Shown: piece after piece, positions 30,588 through 40,902 of the stretch | Position numbering within the stretch: the first letter of the stretch is position 1 | Layout: each line of letters opens with the position of its first letter | Program-made: the position numbers and the translations under genes | From: an uncultured Acidobacteriota bacterium | GTDB taxonomy: Bacteria; Acidobacteriota; UBA6911; RPQK01; JAPXNP01 | DNA length: 64,000 bases | Reading direction: 5' to 3' | NCBI GenBank assembly: GCA_963777605.1 | Contig: CAVZRV010000008.1 | Span: 64,001-128,000 of the forward strand | Notes under the pieces: model-generated | Databases searched by the model: none | The model's input: the letters and a program-made list of their open reading frames with translations, nothing else | What the model was told of the DNA's origin: nothing

Positions 30588-31283
30588 CCCCAAGCCCCAA
30601 CAGACTGAAAATGAGTGAACCGGGCTCCGGGACCGAAACCGTGCCTTCCATCCCGACAGGGAAGCCATTGAAGTCAGCTCAAAAAAGCCTTCATCATAGG
30701 TGGGGGTACAACAATCATCCCCATCGTGGTCATCATGGTCACCATCATGATGACTCGATGTTGTGGTAGCAGAATAACTCACTTGAGCTGCCGAGTTGGA
30801 TGGTGTCACCGGAGGGGACATTACCGAAAAACGTCCAGGTAACAAACCGTCCCGGGCCCCCGTTCGTTGAACTGTATCCCGAGTCAAACGGTGAGCCGTC
30901 ACAAGGTCAAACCCAAACGTCAACAATGTATCGGCCATAGCCGTTCCTACCCCAAAGAAGTCGTCATACGCGAAGCGGATAGTAAGCTGGGTTATCGGCT
31001 TGACCGGTCGACATTCTCAAAAACCAGCCGGAAAATGAGTTGTCCAACTTGTGCGGTGGTCGCCTCGTTTACAAAGAAGATCCCGAGCAGACCCGGTAAA
31101 GAAATCAGAGGTAAGTTCGAGCACTTCAACGGACTCATCAATCGGGTAAGTCCCGCGGCTTGCTCCCCGAACGATAATGCTCGGATCGATCGGATCAGCC
31201 ATCCCCGCAGGCATCAACGAAACGAACAATGCGAGCGAGGCCACAAACCCAAACAGGTTTAACGGCTTGTTTGACAGGTTCAT
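30550..31283 (-). pseudogene. PEP-CTERM sorting-domain protein, broken by several frameshifts
   Basis: Signal peptide (MNLSNK..AGMA|DPIDP) at 31283 and C-terminal VPEPGSLIFSLLGLGATGLYLRWKQAP* ending at 30550 lie in different frames. Confidence 0.75.
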
Positions 31284-31640
31284 CTTCCTTGGCTCCCCCC
31301 TCCGTCACCCGCCTCGGCAGGTCGTGACATCTGCCACTGGATACTGATCAACAGCCCTTTCATGGGCCAAAAGTGCGAAACGGGAATTGACACAACCACC
31401 AACTACCTCTCCTGATATTCTCGGCGGTACCGGCTGTTCCCTCAAAGAATCAAAATCGGGAGCGCATCAACTGCACCCTGGAACTGAAAGAATTGAGCCG
31501 AGTTTACATGACCCCCAATGTTGCTGTCTACACTATTCAAGAAACGCAACCATTGGCAGACGGCGCTCCGACGAAGAATCTCAAGGGAGCCGGCAGCAGA
31601 AACTCAGGGATTCCAGGGGTGCTCGTTGTCAGACTGACAT

Positions 31641-34124
31641 TCAAGGCTCCCGGGAGGGACTCCCCTTACCGGAGACGGTCTCCGCAACTCGCGCCTCGAA
31701 TTTCGACTGCAGCCGTTCACGGTGACTCCGGTCCCATTCGGCGACATACCGGCCGAATTCGACAGATCCCATTGCCTCGACAAGCCCGGAAAGAACCCGG
31801 TACAGATCACTCCGCTGCCCCAGATAGGTTTGGGGATCCCTGCTCCAGTGAGTCAAATCGGAGGTGATTTCCGGCGGAACCGCCAGAATGGCCTTCGCCT
31901 CGGCTACAAGGGCATCCGAGTCCGGGTCCCCCTTCTGCTCCGTTCGTTCGACAGCCCGTTGCAGCAAGAAAAGGACCTCCCAGTCTTCAATAGCGTCTCG
32001 TACGACACTCAGACGGAGACTCGCCAGGGGATGCCCGTCGCGGCCCGGATAGATCAACAGGCCGTCCCCGTTCGCCCAGTCATAGCTTCGGCTGTTCCAA
32101 GCATCCCGGTGACCAGTCGGCCAGGGTTCCGGACCCCGGCTCAGCTCCATGTTTGGTCGCCAGAAGTTGAACCACCAGTACTCGAAACCGCCGACGCCAT
32201 ATTTCCAGGCTTGCCACCAGAGTGCCCGGATCGCGGGGAGAGGATGATCATTGTAGACGTTGGCAAAGGGCGCCTTCGGACCAACACAGGTGTACCAGAA
32301 GACCTCCTCCCCCCGCTTGAGAGCCGGAGCGACCGAGTTGGGGTTGAAGTTGTAGGTCTCTCCTCCGTAGGTGATCGGATCCCAGACATCGACATATCCG
32401 ATCAATTCATCCCGGGGCTTACTTCCACCAACCATGATGCGAAGCTGGGGCCACTGCCGACGAATGGTCAGCGATTTTGCCCGAATGCCCTCAAAGTCAT
32501 CCGTTTCGTCCCCGATGTAGATGACGGTCCGTTCGATGTAACCGTTTTCGACCAGCCAGCGGTATGCCGGCTCGATCACCTCGGGATCCAGAGGATCACT
32601 GGAGAAACCGCCGATGAGGATTACCGTACCACCATCCTGCATGACCCGGGGAATGTCCGCAGGCTCCGGGGACAACCGGGCACTGTACTGGCTGGTGGGC
32701 GAAAATCGGTGCTCGAGGAGCATGCGATAGAAGTTCTTTCGAACCGGGTCGGCGTCCAGGGCAGGGTACCATTCCTCCAGACCCTTTAGATCGAGATGTC
32801 CCTGGGTGCGGAAGTGCCCGGGGGTTGGAATCTTGAAACCGTGCACGAGAAGTTCAACGGGGATTGTCTCTGCGTCGCCCTGGCTCGAGACCACCTTAAT
32901 CTGGCCAGCGTAGCTCCCCGGCAAGGTGTCGGGGGGCACGCTCAAAGTTACCCAGATCGGCTTCACTTCTCCGGCGGCCACGGCAATCGTGCCATCGACA
33001 GGAAGCAGAGCGTCCGGAAGCCAACCGACCTGTGACTGGTCGGTTCCGGGGCTCGGCTGAATGTACTGCTCGATTTCTTCAAACAAGGCGAACGAAGCTG
33101 CGTCGATTTCGACAGCCCCACCGGCCTGCTTCAGATTCGAGACGCGGAGACGCACACTCTCAACCGGCCCCCGAGGCGCCGCCAGCACAATCTGAAAGCT
33201 CTCAAACTCATTCTGCGCGGCTTCCAGCCTTAACTTGCGGTCGAGGTCGGGCAGCCCGAACTTCTCGTGTCGACCGGAAATGCGAATCAAGCTGGGAACC
33301 GACCCGACTACCAGAGCGCTGTCCGACTTTAGGCCTCGTGACCAGATCCGGCTCTTCAAAAACATCTCCTTCAGTTCGTCCTGGAGATTCCACCAGCTCA
33401 AAAGTTCGTTCCGCTCGCTTGAGGGGAGTTCACTCACTCGACGCTCGAACGATTCGACCTCAGGAGTCCAAAATGTCCGGGAAGGCGAACCGTCCGGCAG
33501 TTCCTCCAGGCGAGTTCGCAGGGACCGGGACAGGACCGCCAGGTAGTCATGCCGGGCAGCAGCCGTCAGTTCGTACCCCTTGATTTCGGCAACCTCGAAC
33601 TTCTGGCCGGCTTCCACTGGGACCGAAAGGTGAAACGCCATCCGGGCAACGCCAATCCCGGCCAAATCGTAAGGCATCTTGGAACGCGTCACCGATTCGA
33701 AAACGTCCCGGTTCAGGCTGATGACGTGCTCCTGCGCCGCTCCGGGCTGCAAATCAACGACAACCCGAAAGTCGTAGAGCCGGTTCGGATTGGCCCAGTC
33801 CTCGGCGGGTATGACCTGCTTCAGTTTCTCGGGGAGTGTGGCCGGCTGGAAGTGAATCGTCAGGCGCCCTTTTCGGGTCGCCCGTGTCGTAATGCAGAGA
33901 AACGCTGGTCCGTGCGTCGGAACTTCGAATTCGAGAGGGAAGACCTTCGCACGATGATCCCGGTCGACCTGGATCTCGCCGGAAGGGGAGACTCCTTCGA
34001 GTTCACGATCGAAGAACTTGAGAGCGGCCTCCCTGGTTGATGGGTCGAGGCGCCACTTTGCCCCGAAGGCAGGCTGAACAAATAGAAGGAGCAGCGAAAG
34101 AAATCCCAGGGACACTCGTACCAT
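31641..34124 (-). CDS. Secreted DUF4091 / GH123-like glycoside hydrolase domain protein
   Basis: Signal peptide; AAQNEFESFQ, PDAL, DE, WYTC, GFEYW and NGDGLLIYPG..SLRL..RDAIEDWE motifs. Confidence 0.8.
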   Translation of the reverse strand: MVRVSLGFLSLLLLFVQPAFGAKWRLDPSTREAALKFFDRELEGVSPSGEIQVDRDHRAKVFPLEFEVPTHGPAFLCITTRATRKGRLTIHFQPATLPEKLKQVIPAEDWANPNRLYDFRVVVDLQPGAAQEHVISLNRDVFESVTRSKMPYDLAGIGVARMAFHLSVPVEAGQKFEVAEIKGYELTAAARHDYLAVLSRSLRTRLEELPDGSPSRTFWTPEVESFERRVSELPSSERNELLSWWNLQDELKEMFLKSRIWSRGLKSDSALVVGSVPSLIRISGRHEKFGLPDLDRKLRLEAAQNEFESFQIVLAAPRGPVESVRLRVSNLKQAGGAVEIDAASFALFEEIEQYIQPSPGTDQSQVGWLPDALLPVDGTIAVAAGEVKPIWVTLSVPPDTLPGSYAGQIKVVSSQGDAETIPVELLVHGFKIPTPGHFRTQGHLDLKGLEEWYPALDADPVRKNFYRMLLEHRFSPTSQYSARLSPEPADIPRVMQDGGTVILIGGFSSDPLDPEVIEPAYRWLVENGYIERTVIYIGDETDDFEGIRAKSLTIRRQWPQLRIMVGGSKPRDELIGYVDVWDPITYGGETYNFNPNSVAPALKRGEEVFWYTCVGPKAPFANVYNDHPLPAIRALWWQAWKYGVGGFEYWWFNFWRPNMELSRGPEPWPTGHRDAWNSRSYDWANGDGLLIYPGRDGHPLASLRLSVVRDAIEDWEVLFLLQRAVERTEQKGDPDSDALVAEAKAILAVPPEITSDLTHWSRDPQTYLGQRSDLYRVLSGLVEAMGSVEFGRYVAEWDRSHRERLQSKFEARVAETVSGKGSPSREP

Positions 34125-34197
34125 AGTTCCTCCCGAACACGCTCTTACCAACCCGCTCCCGATCACCGAGCGCCCACTGGTACTCGGCCGCGCGTTC

Positions 34198-37100
34198 CTA
34201 CGGGAACGGTCCTTCCTTGAGGATCAGAATTCGCCCGCGACCCGGCTCAATCATGAAAGAGCCTCCCGGTCGCAGTTCCGCAGCCGCCTGGAATTCCTGG
34301 ATGTCGGGTGCCGTGATGACGGCCTTGTCCGGATCGATCCCAAGTCGATTCCAATCGACCTCGAGACGGCATTCGACAGGGCCCGGCGCCCAACTGGCGA
34401 CGGCAATCATGGCTTCTCCCGGCTTTGTATAGGTCGTGGCCAGAACGTCCCTACGATCGGTCTTGACCGGATTGTTCCCGACCCAGTAGCCGATCATTTC
34501 CGAATCCTCCAGGCCAAAAGCATCCCAGATCGCCCATATCGGCCGGGGATTACCCGCCCAGGGCAGTCTGCCGGTCATTCCGTAAACCATTCCCCGCCAG
34601 GGATTCCCCCCATCCTGAAGCATTTCGCCCATCAGCCCGAACGGGATCCCGGAAACCTCGACCATCCAGAAATCGGGCGAGGATCCGTAGTCGAAATACT
34701 CCCCGAACCAGAGGCGATCGATATAGGGAAAGTGTTCGAGATAGAGGTTGGCGCTGTTGGCAAAGCCGTCCCGGACGTTGAACTGGTTGGCGGAGTGCAG
34801 GTCGATCAGGCCCGGGCGGTCCCCCTGATTGAGGATTCGTCTCACTCGCTGCATGATGGTTCGATCGAATGCCACATCGTCGATATAGATCCCGTCGATC
34901 CCGACGTTCCGGACCAGCCAGTTGAGTCCCTCGAGGTAGTAGTTGTGCCAGCGGGAAGTCCCGCTGTTGATCACCGCTTCGTCCTTCAGGGCGGGCACGT
35001 ACCATCCCGGGATGTAACCCGACTCGACGTGCTCACTCAGCCAGGGAGTGCCGCCTCCCTTACCGTCCGAGATCACCTCGTCTCCCAGGCTGAACAGGGC
35101 GAACAGCTCCGGAGCCCGGTTGGAGAGTTCGCGGACCGTGTAGTAGATCTTGACCCTCAGGTCGCGGGCGTGGGCGGCCTGGATGTAGTTTCGCAGCTCT
35201 TCCGTCCGCAGAAAGGGGTAGTTGATGTAGGGGTTTACCTCGGTCGCGTGGTGAACGTTGATCGTGTTGGCCCCGGCCTTAACCACCTCGCCGAGGTCCG
35301 CGTAGCGATGGTAGTAGCGGGTTTTCCACTGGGAACGGGTGGCGATCGTCTTGAACGGGGTAATCAGCAACCGGATATTGAAATGGAGCTGGTCGCCGGC
35401 CTGAATAACGCGTTTCCCGCTGTAGGCTTTGACGAGGAATTCGCCCGATCCCCGATCGACGAGGCTGATCCCTCCCCTCCCGCCGTTATACCAGGACGGC
35501 GGGAGGTTGAGCGGCTTGAGCAGGTAGAAGTTCGTGTTGAGCGGCCGTGAATAGTTGCGATCCTTGAGGCTCACCTGCAGGCCGGCATTGACATCGCCGA
35601 GCCAGACCGAGTCCTGGTTCTTTGTCTGGTCCCAGTGCCACTCAAACTCGTCCGGTCGAAATCCGCCCTTTCGCCCCAATCCCATCATGTATCGGGCCGC
35701 ATCGGACCGGAGGGGGACTTCCAGCGAAACGTCTTCCAACAGCGTCGGCTCTTCGGCCTCAAGGGTGACCTGCAGTTCGATACTGCCGTCAAACTCGAGT
35801 TCTCCGTCGACGTTCAGGGAAAGGCTCCCCGAGCGACTCTGACTGCTCCAGCGGGTGCGCGCGGGAGTGCTTGCGCCAAACTGGAAGCGCTCGATCTTCC
35901 ACCGGACCGGCTCTCCGTCCGTGCCGGCCACCACCAGGCGGGCGGGGCTCGCCAGCACCTCGCGGCCTGCCTCCTGCAGCCGGGTCATCTCGGGAGCGAA
36001 GAAACTCGTGATCGCCGCCGGCAGGCCGTTCATACCGATCCGAATGGTCCTCCCGAGGATGCGCAGGGAATCTCCGTCCAACTCAACCGGAGTGTACGGA
36101 CGGACCACCGTTTCATCCGCGCCGATTTGGGAGTCCAACCAGCGAAGTCGGGACAATCGATAGGGATCACTGTCCCCGGCGTCTGGCAGTCGCTGGTCCA
36201 GCACTGTCAGATCGAGATCGACCTCCGACTCGCCGGCGTTCCGGGACGAAATGGCGATCCGGCCCCGATAGTCTCCCGGTGCGGCGGCGTCCGGCAGGTC
36301 GATTCCAATCCAGAGCGGCTGCACGTTCCCGACCGGGACAGTGATCCGTTTCTCGAAGGGTTTTCCTTCCCAGTCGGTCCCGCCCAAATTGAAACAACGC
36401 ATGCGGGAGGCTGAGACCCTGGCTGTTTGCGCTCCCGAGTTGAGGTCCTCAAACCGGACCTGGATGTCGCGGACTTCCTCTGTTGCGGCATACAATCCGA
36501 TCTGAAAAACAAAGAACTCACCCTGCCTGGCCTCGGCCTGGAAGATTTGTTGCGGGCCTTCCCGGACCCAATTCCAGGGTAACTGGGATTTCATTCGGAT
36601 CGAATGGTCCCGACTTTCCGGAAAGAGGAGAAACGGAGGCGACCCGGTTCGTTCGATCAAGTCGGCGACTTCGGAATCACTCGCAGTTACCTCCATCGGG
36701 TAGAAGCTGTTGAACCCGTCGATGGACTCCATGCGCAGGACCTCTCCGACAGGCAGCGTCCGACTGACGGTCGTCGGATCGCTCGAATCCAGCCCGTTTC
36801 TCGCCAGCCATCGCCCATCCGGCCGGGTCTCGGCGGGATCCCGATAGCTGGTTGACGGGTAGTTCGTGCGGCCTTCGAGGGTGTAGGGCAGGTAGTAGAG
36901 ATAGTAATCGGAGGGCACGGTCGGGGGCTGAAAGACAAACTCCCCGAACTCCCGGTTCACGGCGATTCGCAGCAGGTTCGGCACCGGTTGCCCTGTCGAG
37001 GCATCGATCAGGATGACTCCGTTCGCTTCCGGGTCGGAGTCCCGCCGCCTCCAGGGCACGTGGACCTGGACGGCATCGGCCACTGCCTCGACCCTCAGGA

Positions 37101-37239
37101 CCGCGCGGTGATTGCCCAGTACATCGGAATCCCAGCGGCCGATACCGTCCCGCGAAAGCTCGACCGAAGGGGCGGACAAGAGAGGCCCGGAACTTGTCAA
37201 GAATAGGAAAATGACCAGCAGGACACCGTGCAGTTTCAT
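34198..37239 (-). CDS. Secreted DUF6067-type glycoside hydrolase domain protein
   Basis: Signal peptide; GNHRAV, PWRRRD, RLRWLDS, NPYINYPF, YYTVRELSN, DGIYIDD and LWFGE motifs. Confidence 0.78.
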   Translation of the reverse strand: MKLHGVLLVIFLFLTSSGPLLSAPSVELSRDGIGRWDSDVLGNHRAVLRVEAVADAVQVHVPWRRRDSDPEANGVILIDASTGQPVPNLLRIAVNREFGEFVFQPPTVPSDYYLYYLPYTLEGRTNYPSTSYRDPAETRPDGRWLARNGLDSSDPTTVSRTLPVGEVLRMESIDGFNSFYPMEVTASDSEVADLIERTGSPPFLLFPESRDHSIRMKSQLPWNWVREGPQQIFQAEARQGEFFVFQIGLYAATEEVRDIQVRFEDLNSGAQTARVSASRMRCFNLGGTDWEGKPFEKRITVPVGNVQPLWIGIDLPDAAAPGDYRGRIAISSRNAGESEVDLDLTVLDQRLPDAGDSDPYRLSRLRWLDSQIGADETVVRPYTPVELDGDSLRILGRTIRIGMNGLPAAITSFFAPEMTRLQEAGREVLASPARLVVAGTDGEPVRWKIERFQFGASTPARTRWSSQSRSGSLSLNVDGELEFDGSIELQVTLEAEEPTLLEDVSLEVPLRSDAARYMMGLGRKGGFRPDEFEWHWDQTKNQDSVWLGDVNAGLQVSLKDRNYSRPLNTNFYLLKPLNLPPSWYNGGRGGISLVDRGSGEFLVKAYSGKRVIQAGDQLHFNIRLLITPFKTIATRSQWKTRYYHRYADLGEVVKAGANTINVHHATEVNPYINYPFLRTEELRNYIQAAHARDLRVKIYYTVRELSNRAPELFALFSLGDEVISDGKGGGTPWLSEHVESGYIPGWYVPALKDEAVINSGTSRWHNYYLEGLNWLVRNVGIDGIYIDDVAFDRTIMQRVRRILNQGDRPGLIDLHSANQFNVRDGFANSANLYLEHFPYIDRLWFGEYFDYGSSPDFWMVEVSGIPFGLMGEMLQDGGNPWRGMVYGMTGRLPWAGNPRPIWAIWDAFGLEDSEMIGYWVGNNPVKTDRRDVLATTYTKPGEAMIAVASWAPGPVECRLEVDWNRLGIDPDKAVITAPDIQEFQAAAELRPGGSFMIEPGRGRILILKEGPFP

Positions 37240-37366
37240 CTCATCCCTTCTCTGTTTGCTCAAGGGCGGCCCCCCATTGACCGAGTCTCGCTCGAACACC
37301 CGTGTTCGAAGCATACATGCCAAAACGAAATCAGCAAACTCCTGAGAGGACTGCGGAATCACTCAG

Positions 37367-37436
37367 TGCCCGAACCCCGGGTGGGGGAGGCATGAAGTAG
37401 CCCGGGGTGGAGCAAGTGGAATCCCGTGTAGCCCGG
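37367..37436. repeat. REP-like palindromic element
   Basis: ACCCCGGG..CCCGGGGT inverted repeat and two GTAGCCCGG units in the intergenic region. Confidence 0.4.
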
Positions 37437-37579
37437 AACGACGTCGAATCGAATCCCGCCCGACGGGACGACATGGCCCTTCAGTCAGGAATCAGGGGCC
37501 AAGGTCAAAGGGTTCCCGGATTCGCCGAACCGCTCCTCCGGACTTCCGAATTCTGAACGGCGGCGTAGAATAACAAAGC

Positions 37580-38920
37580 ATGGTGGAAACGGGGGCAGAG
37601 CCTCGACAGACTATCCGGACAGCCAACCTCCTGGGCGGGGCAGGTGCCTTTTTCCGCCCCATTGAGTTCGATACCTTCGTCCGGCAGGAGTCGATCCTGA
37701 TCTTGCTCAACCTCGGGGTTCTGGCACTGATCGTTGTGGCCCACATCGTTTTTGGCCCGACTCTCGGGGCGCCTCCGCCACTCCTGTTCATGCTGATCGC
37801 CAGCCGGTTCCTGATGCAGTCAATCGAGCTGATCTGGCTGACGACCCGCAGCGAACCGCTGCCTCCGTTCTGGGTCACGGCTTACGCGAATTTCTCGATC
37901 TGGATGAACATCGCGTTCGCCTTTACCTTGGCACTGCTTGGCGGCTACTTTGGACTTCCCGACAGCCACTACAGCGAACTCATGGCAATTCCTCTGGTCG
38001 CGGCAGCATTCCGTTACTCGCTGGCGGGCATCATCCCGGTGTTCTTCACGGTCGCCGCCCTCACGTTCGCGGAAGTCTACTACTACTTCACCCGGAATCC
38101 CCCCCTTCAGCCGATGGAGTTCTTTGAGGCGGCGAACACGGTCCTGATCTACCTGGTCGTCCTGCTGGTGACCTTCGTGCTGGTCCGCCAACTGCGGCGG
38201 GACCAGCACAGGCTCGAGGACAGCCTCGAGGTTCTCGAGCGGACGCGCGACCAGTTGGTCCAGGAAGAGAAACTGGCCGCGATCGGCAGGCTCAGCAGCA
38301 GTATCGCCCATGAAATCAGGAACCCGGTCGCGATGATCATGAGTTCGGTTTCGCTGGCCGGACGCCCGAACGCCCAACTCGCCGATCGTGAAGAGTTGTG
38401 CGAAATCGTCTTCCGGGAAGCGGGTCGGCTGGAGAAGCTTACGGAAGACTTTCTGACCTACGCCCGGATGAAGAAGCCGCAAGCGAAGCAGACCTCCATT
38501 CGCACGACCCTCGACTACGTTGCCAGCGTGGTACGGGCCAAGGCGGAAGAGCGCGCCGTGACCGTGACGGTGGAATGCGCCGACGATCTAACGGCACGGG
38601 TTGACGAATTCCAATTCCATCAGGCGCTGCTCAACCTGGTCCTGAATGCGCTCGACGCCTCGCAGACAGGTGGAAAGATCCATTTGAGGGGTGCGGGCAA
38701 GGGCGGTATGCTGCAACTCGATGTCGAGAACGCAGGCGAGCCGATTCCCCCAGAGATCGCCACTCGACTGTACGAGCCGTTCTTCACGACGAAGCCCCAT
38801 GGAACCGGCCTGGGCCTGGCGATTACCCGAAACATCCTGATTGCGCACAGGGGAGAGATACAGCTGCGCGAGAACGAACCGGGCAAGATCTGTTTTCGCA
38901 TCACGGTTCCCTTAGACTGA
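37580..38920 (+). CDS. Membrane sensor histidine kinase
   Basis: About 6 TM segments; EKLAAIGRL..IAHEIRNP; NLVLNA; FFTTKPHGTGLGL. Confidence 0.93.
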   Translation: MVETGAEPRQTIRTANLLGGAGAFFRPIEFDTFVRQESILILLNLGVLALIVVAHIVFGPTLGAPPPLLFMLIASRFLMQSIELIWLTTRSEPLPPFWVTAYANFSIWMNIAFAFTLALLGGYFGLPDSHYSELMAIPLVAAAFRYSLAGIIPVFFTVAALTFAEVYYYFTRNPPLQPMEFFEAANTVLIYLVVLLVTFVLVRQLRRDQHRLEDSLEVLERTRDQLVQEEKLAAIGRLSSSIAHEIRNPVAMIMSSVSLAGRPNAQLADREELCEIVFREAGRLEKLTEDFLTYARMKKPQAKQTSIRTTLDYVASVVRAKAEERAVTVTVECADDLTARVDEFQFHQALLNLVLNALDASQTGGKIHLRGAGKGGMLQLDVENAGEPIPPEIATRLYEPFFTTKPHGTGLGLAITRNILIAHRGEIQLRENEPGKICFRITVPLD

Positions 38921-38939
38921 CTCTGAAAGGCTGGACATC

Positions 38940-40346
38940 ATGGCCCGAATCCTTGTCGTAGACGACGAACCCCATATGCGGAGGATTCTGCATACGATTC
39001 TGAAGCCTCTCGGCCATGAAGTGACTGAGGCATCTGGAATCAAACCGGCCCAGGAGTTCCTTGAGCAATCGCACTTCGACCTCCTCATCACCGATCAGCG
39101 AATGCCGGACGGAGAAGGACTCGACCTATTGAGCTTCGCGCGGGAACTGGATCCGACGCTGCCGGTCGTCTTCATCACCGCCTTCGCCACTGTAGAACTG
39201 GCGGTGGATGCCATGCGCCTCGGTGCATTCGACGTGATCCCCAAACCCTTCGTCCCTGAAACCGTAGAAGCGGTTACAGCCAGGGCGCTGGAACGAACCC
39301 TGCTGGTCCGGGAAAACGAGGAACTGAAGCGAACGATCGAGACGCTCACATCGGCTGGTCGTTTGCTCGGTGAAAGTCGAGCCATGCGGGAGATCCTTGG
39401 AATGATTGAAAGGGTTGCCCCTACGCCGGCGACCGTCCTGATCACGGGAGAGACAGGAACCGGCAAGGAACTGGTCGCCCGAGCGATCCATGAAAACAGC
39501 CCTCGCGCCAACAAGCCATTCGTCGCGGTGAATTGCGCGGCATTCACCGAGACACTGCTCGAAAGCGAACTTTTCGGCGCCGAGCGGGGAGCCTACACGG
39601 GGGCCGACAGGGCTCGGCGAGGACTTTTCGAGGCCGCCCACACGGGCACGCTCTTCCTGGACGAAGCGGGGGAGATGTCGCTTCCCCTTCAGGCACGGCT
39701 CCTGCGCGTACTGATGAACGGTGAAATCGTTCGGGTTGGATCCACCACCCCGCGTTCGGTTGATGTCCGAATCCTGGCGGCAACTCACCGCAACCTCGAA
39801 AGACGCGTCAGCGAGGGGCTCTTTCGAGAAGATCTTTACTATCGCCTGGCCGTCGTGCCACTCCACATTCCCCCGCTGCGGGAGCGCCGCGAGGACATTC
39901 CCCTGCTGGTCGACCATTTCCTGAAGCAGGTGTCCACCGACCTCAAAATGCCGCTCAAACGGCTCGATCCTGAAGCGCTTCAAAGGCTTTCCAACTACCC
40001 GTTCCCCGGCAACATCCGGGAACTTCGCAATCTCATTGAACGGGGATACATCTTGTCTCGAGGTGACGAGATCCGGGCCGAAGAACTGCCTCTCGGCCAG
40101 GGAGGCACCGGGTCCTTCCGATCCCCCCACCCGGATACTCCCATAACACCGGAAGCCCTCCGACAGCAGTGGATGGACAGTCTTCCCGAGCAACTGAACC
40201 TCAGGTCTGTCCTCGAGGAAAACGAACGGGACCTCATCATTCGAGCCCTGAAGCTGTCCGATGATGTTCAAGCCGAAGCCGCCCGCAAGCTGGAAATCTC
40301 CCGCAGCGATCTTTCCTACAAGCTCCGGAAACACAAGAGCATTTGA
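38940..40346 (+). CDS. Sigma54-dependent response regulator (NtrC family)
   Basis: Receiver domain (VVDDE, TDQRMP), GETGTGKE, ESELFG..GAYTGA, FREDLYYRL and a C-terminal Fis HTH. Confidence 0.95.
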   Translation: MARILVVDDEPHMRRILHTILKPLGHEVTEASGIKPAQEFLEQSHFDLLITDQRMPDGEGLDLLSFARELDPTLPVVFITAFATVELAVDAMRLGAFDVIPKPFVPETVEAVTARALERTLLVRENEELKRTIETLTSAGRLLGESRAMREILGMIERVAPTPATVLITGETGTGKELVARAIHENSPRANKPFVAVNCAAFTETLLESELFGAERGAYTGADRARRGLFEAAHTGTLFLDEAGEMSLPLQARLLRVLMNGEIVRVGSTTPRSVDVRILAATHRNLERRVSEGLFREDLYYRLAVVPLHIPPLRERREDIPLLVDHFLKQVSTDLKMPLKRLDPEALQRLSNYPFPGNIRELRNLIERGYILSRGDEIRAEELPLGQGGTGSFRSPHPDTPITPEALRQQWMDSLPEQLNLRSVLEENERDLIIRALKLSDDVQAEAARKLEISRSDLSYKLRKHKSI

Positions 40347-40370
40347 GTCCTGCGAGTCTCTGGGGCCGAT

Positions 40371-40515
40371 TGCCGGAATCGCCATCAGGACCAAATCTGA
40401 CACATCTCCGCGCACACAATCCGGCGGCGGGCGCACGAGGCCCCCGGGCAAAGCCGCCGGCGGCGGCTAAACCCCAAACCCCACTTACTAATTACGAACG
40501 TGCGCGAAAAAGTGC
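40371..40515 (+). repeat. Dispersed structured repeat, copy A
   Basis: Shares CCAAATCTGA..GGCGGGCGCACGA.GCCCCCGGGCAAAGCC..AAACCCCAAACCCCACTTACTAAT.ACGAACGTG with copies B and C. Confidence 0.9.
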
Positions 40516-40692
40516 GGGGAGACAGTGGGACGGCATGATTTTGGGCTGGAGATGGATCCGGGAGTGCTGAGCCGCGCTTCAGGGCTGGTGGCGACGGAAG
40601 CTTTCGCTTCCTGCGGTTGGTTGCGCCGTCCAAGGTTGGGCAAAAGCGGAACCTCTCGATTCCGCACTTCCACTTAGTGCCAGGTAGTTGAA

Positions 40693-40744
40693 GCGTGTTC
40701 GAATTTTTGAACACGCACCCGCCTTTTGCTTGAATTCTTGAACA
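40693..40744 (+). promoter_or_regulatory. Tandem palindromic enhancer sites for a sigma54 activator
   Basis: TGTTCGAATTTTTGAACA (40696) and TGCTTGAATTCTTGAACA (40727) are 31 bp apart and about 80-125 bp upstream of the -24 box. Confidence 0.65.
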
Positions 40745-40820
40745 TCACCAGGCTCCATAACCTTTCCACCCATCGAGGGAAACTCAATCATTTTAAAGAC
40801 TTAGGTTTAAATTTCAATAT

Positions 40821-40836
40821 TGGCACACCTATTGCA
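40821..40836 (+). promoter_or_regulatory. Sigma54 -24/-12 promoter
   Basis: TGGCAC-ACCTA-TTGCA is an exact consensus match, preceded by an AT-rich tract and next to an NtrC-type gene. Confidence 0.88.
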
Positions 40837-40902
40837 ATCCAGATAGACAGTCGCACGGTGCGACGATTTGGATAACGCATTCATTGATCAGGAGTATTCG
40901 AA

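Noticed and set aside
31353-31370. Sigma54 promoter for the PEP-CTERM gene (TGGCCCATGAAAGGGCT, minus strand)
   Set aside because: GG-to-GC spacing is off by one base and the -12 match is poor.
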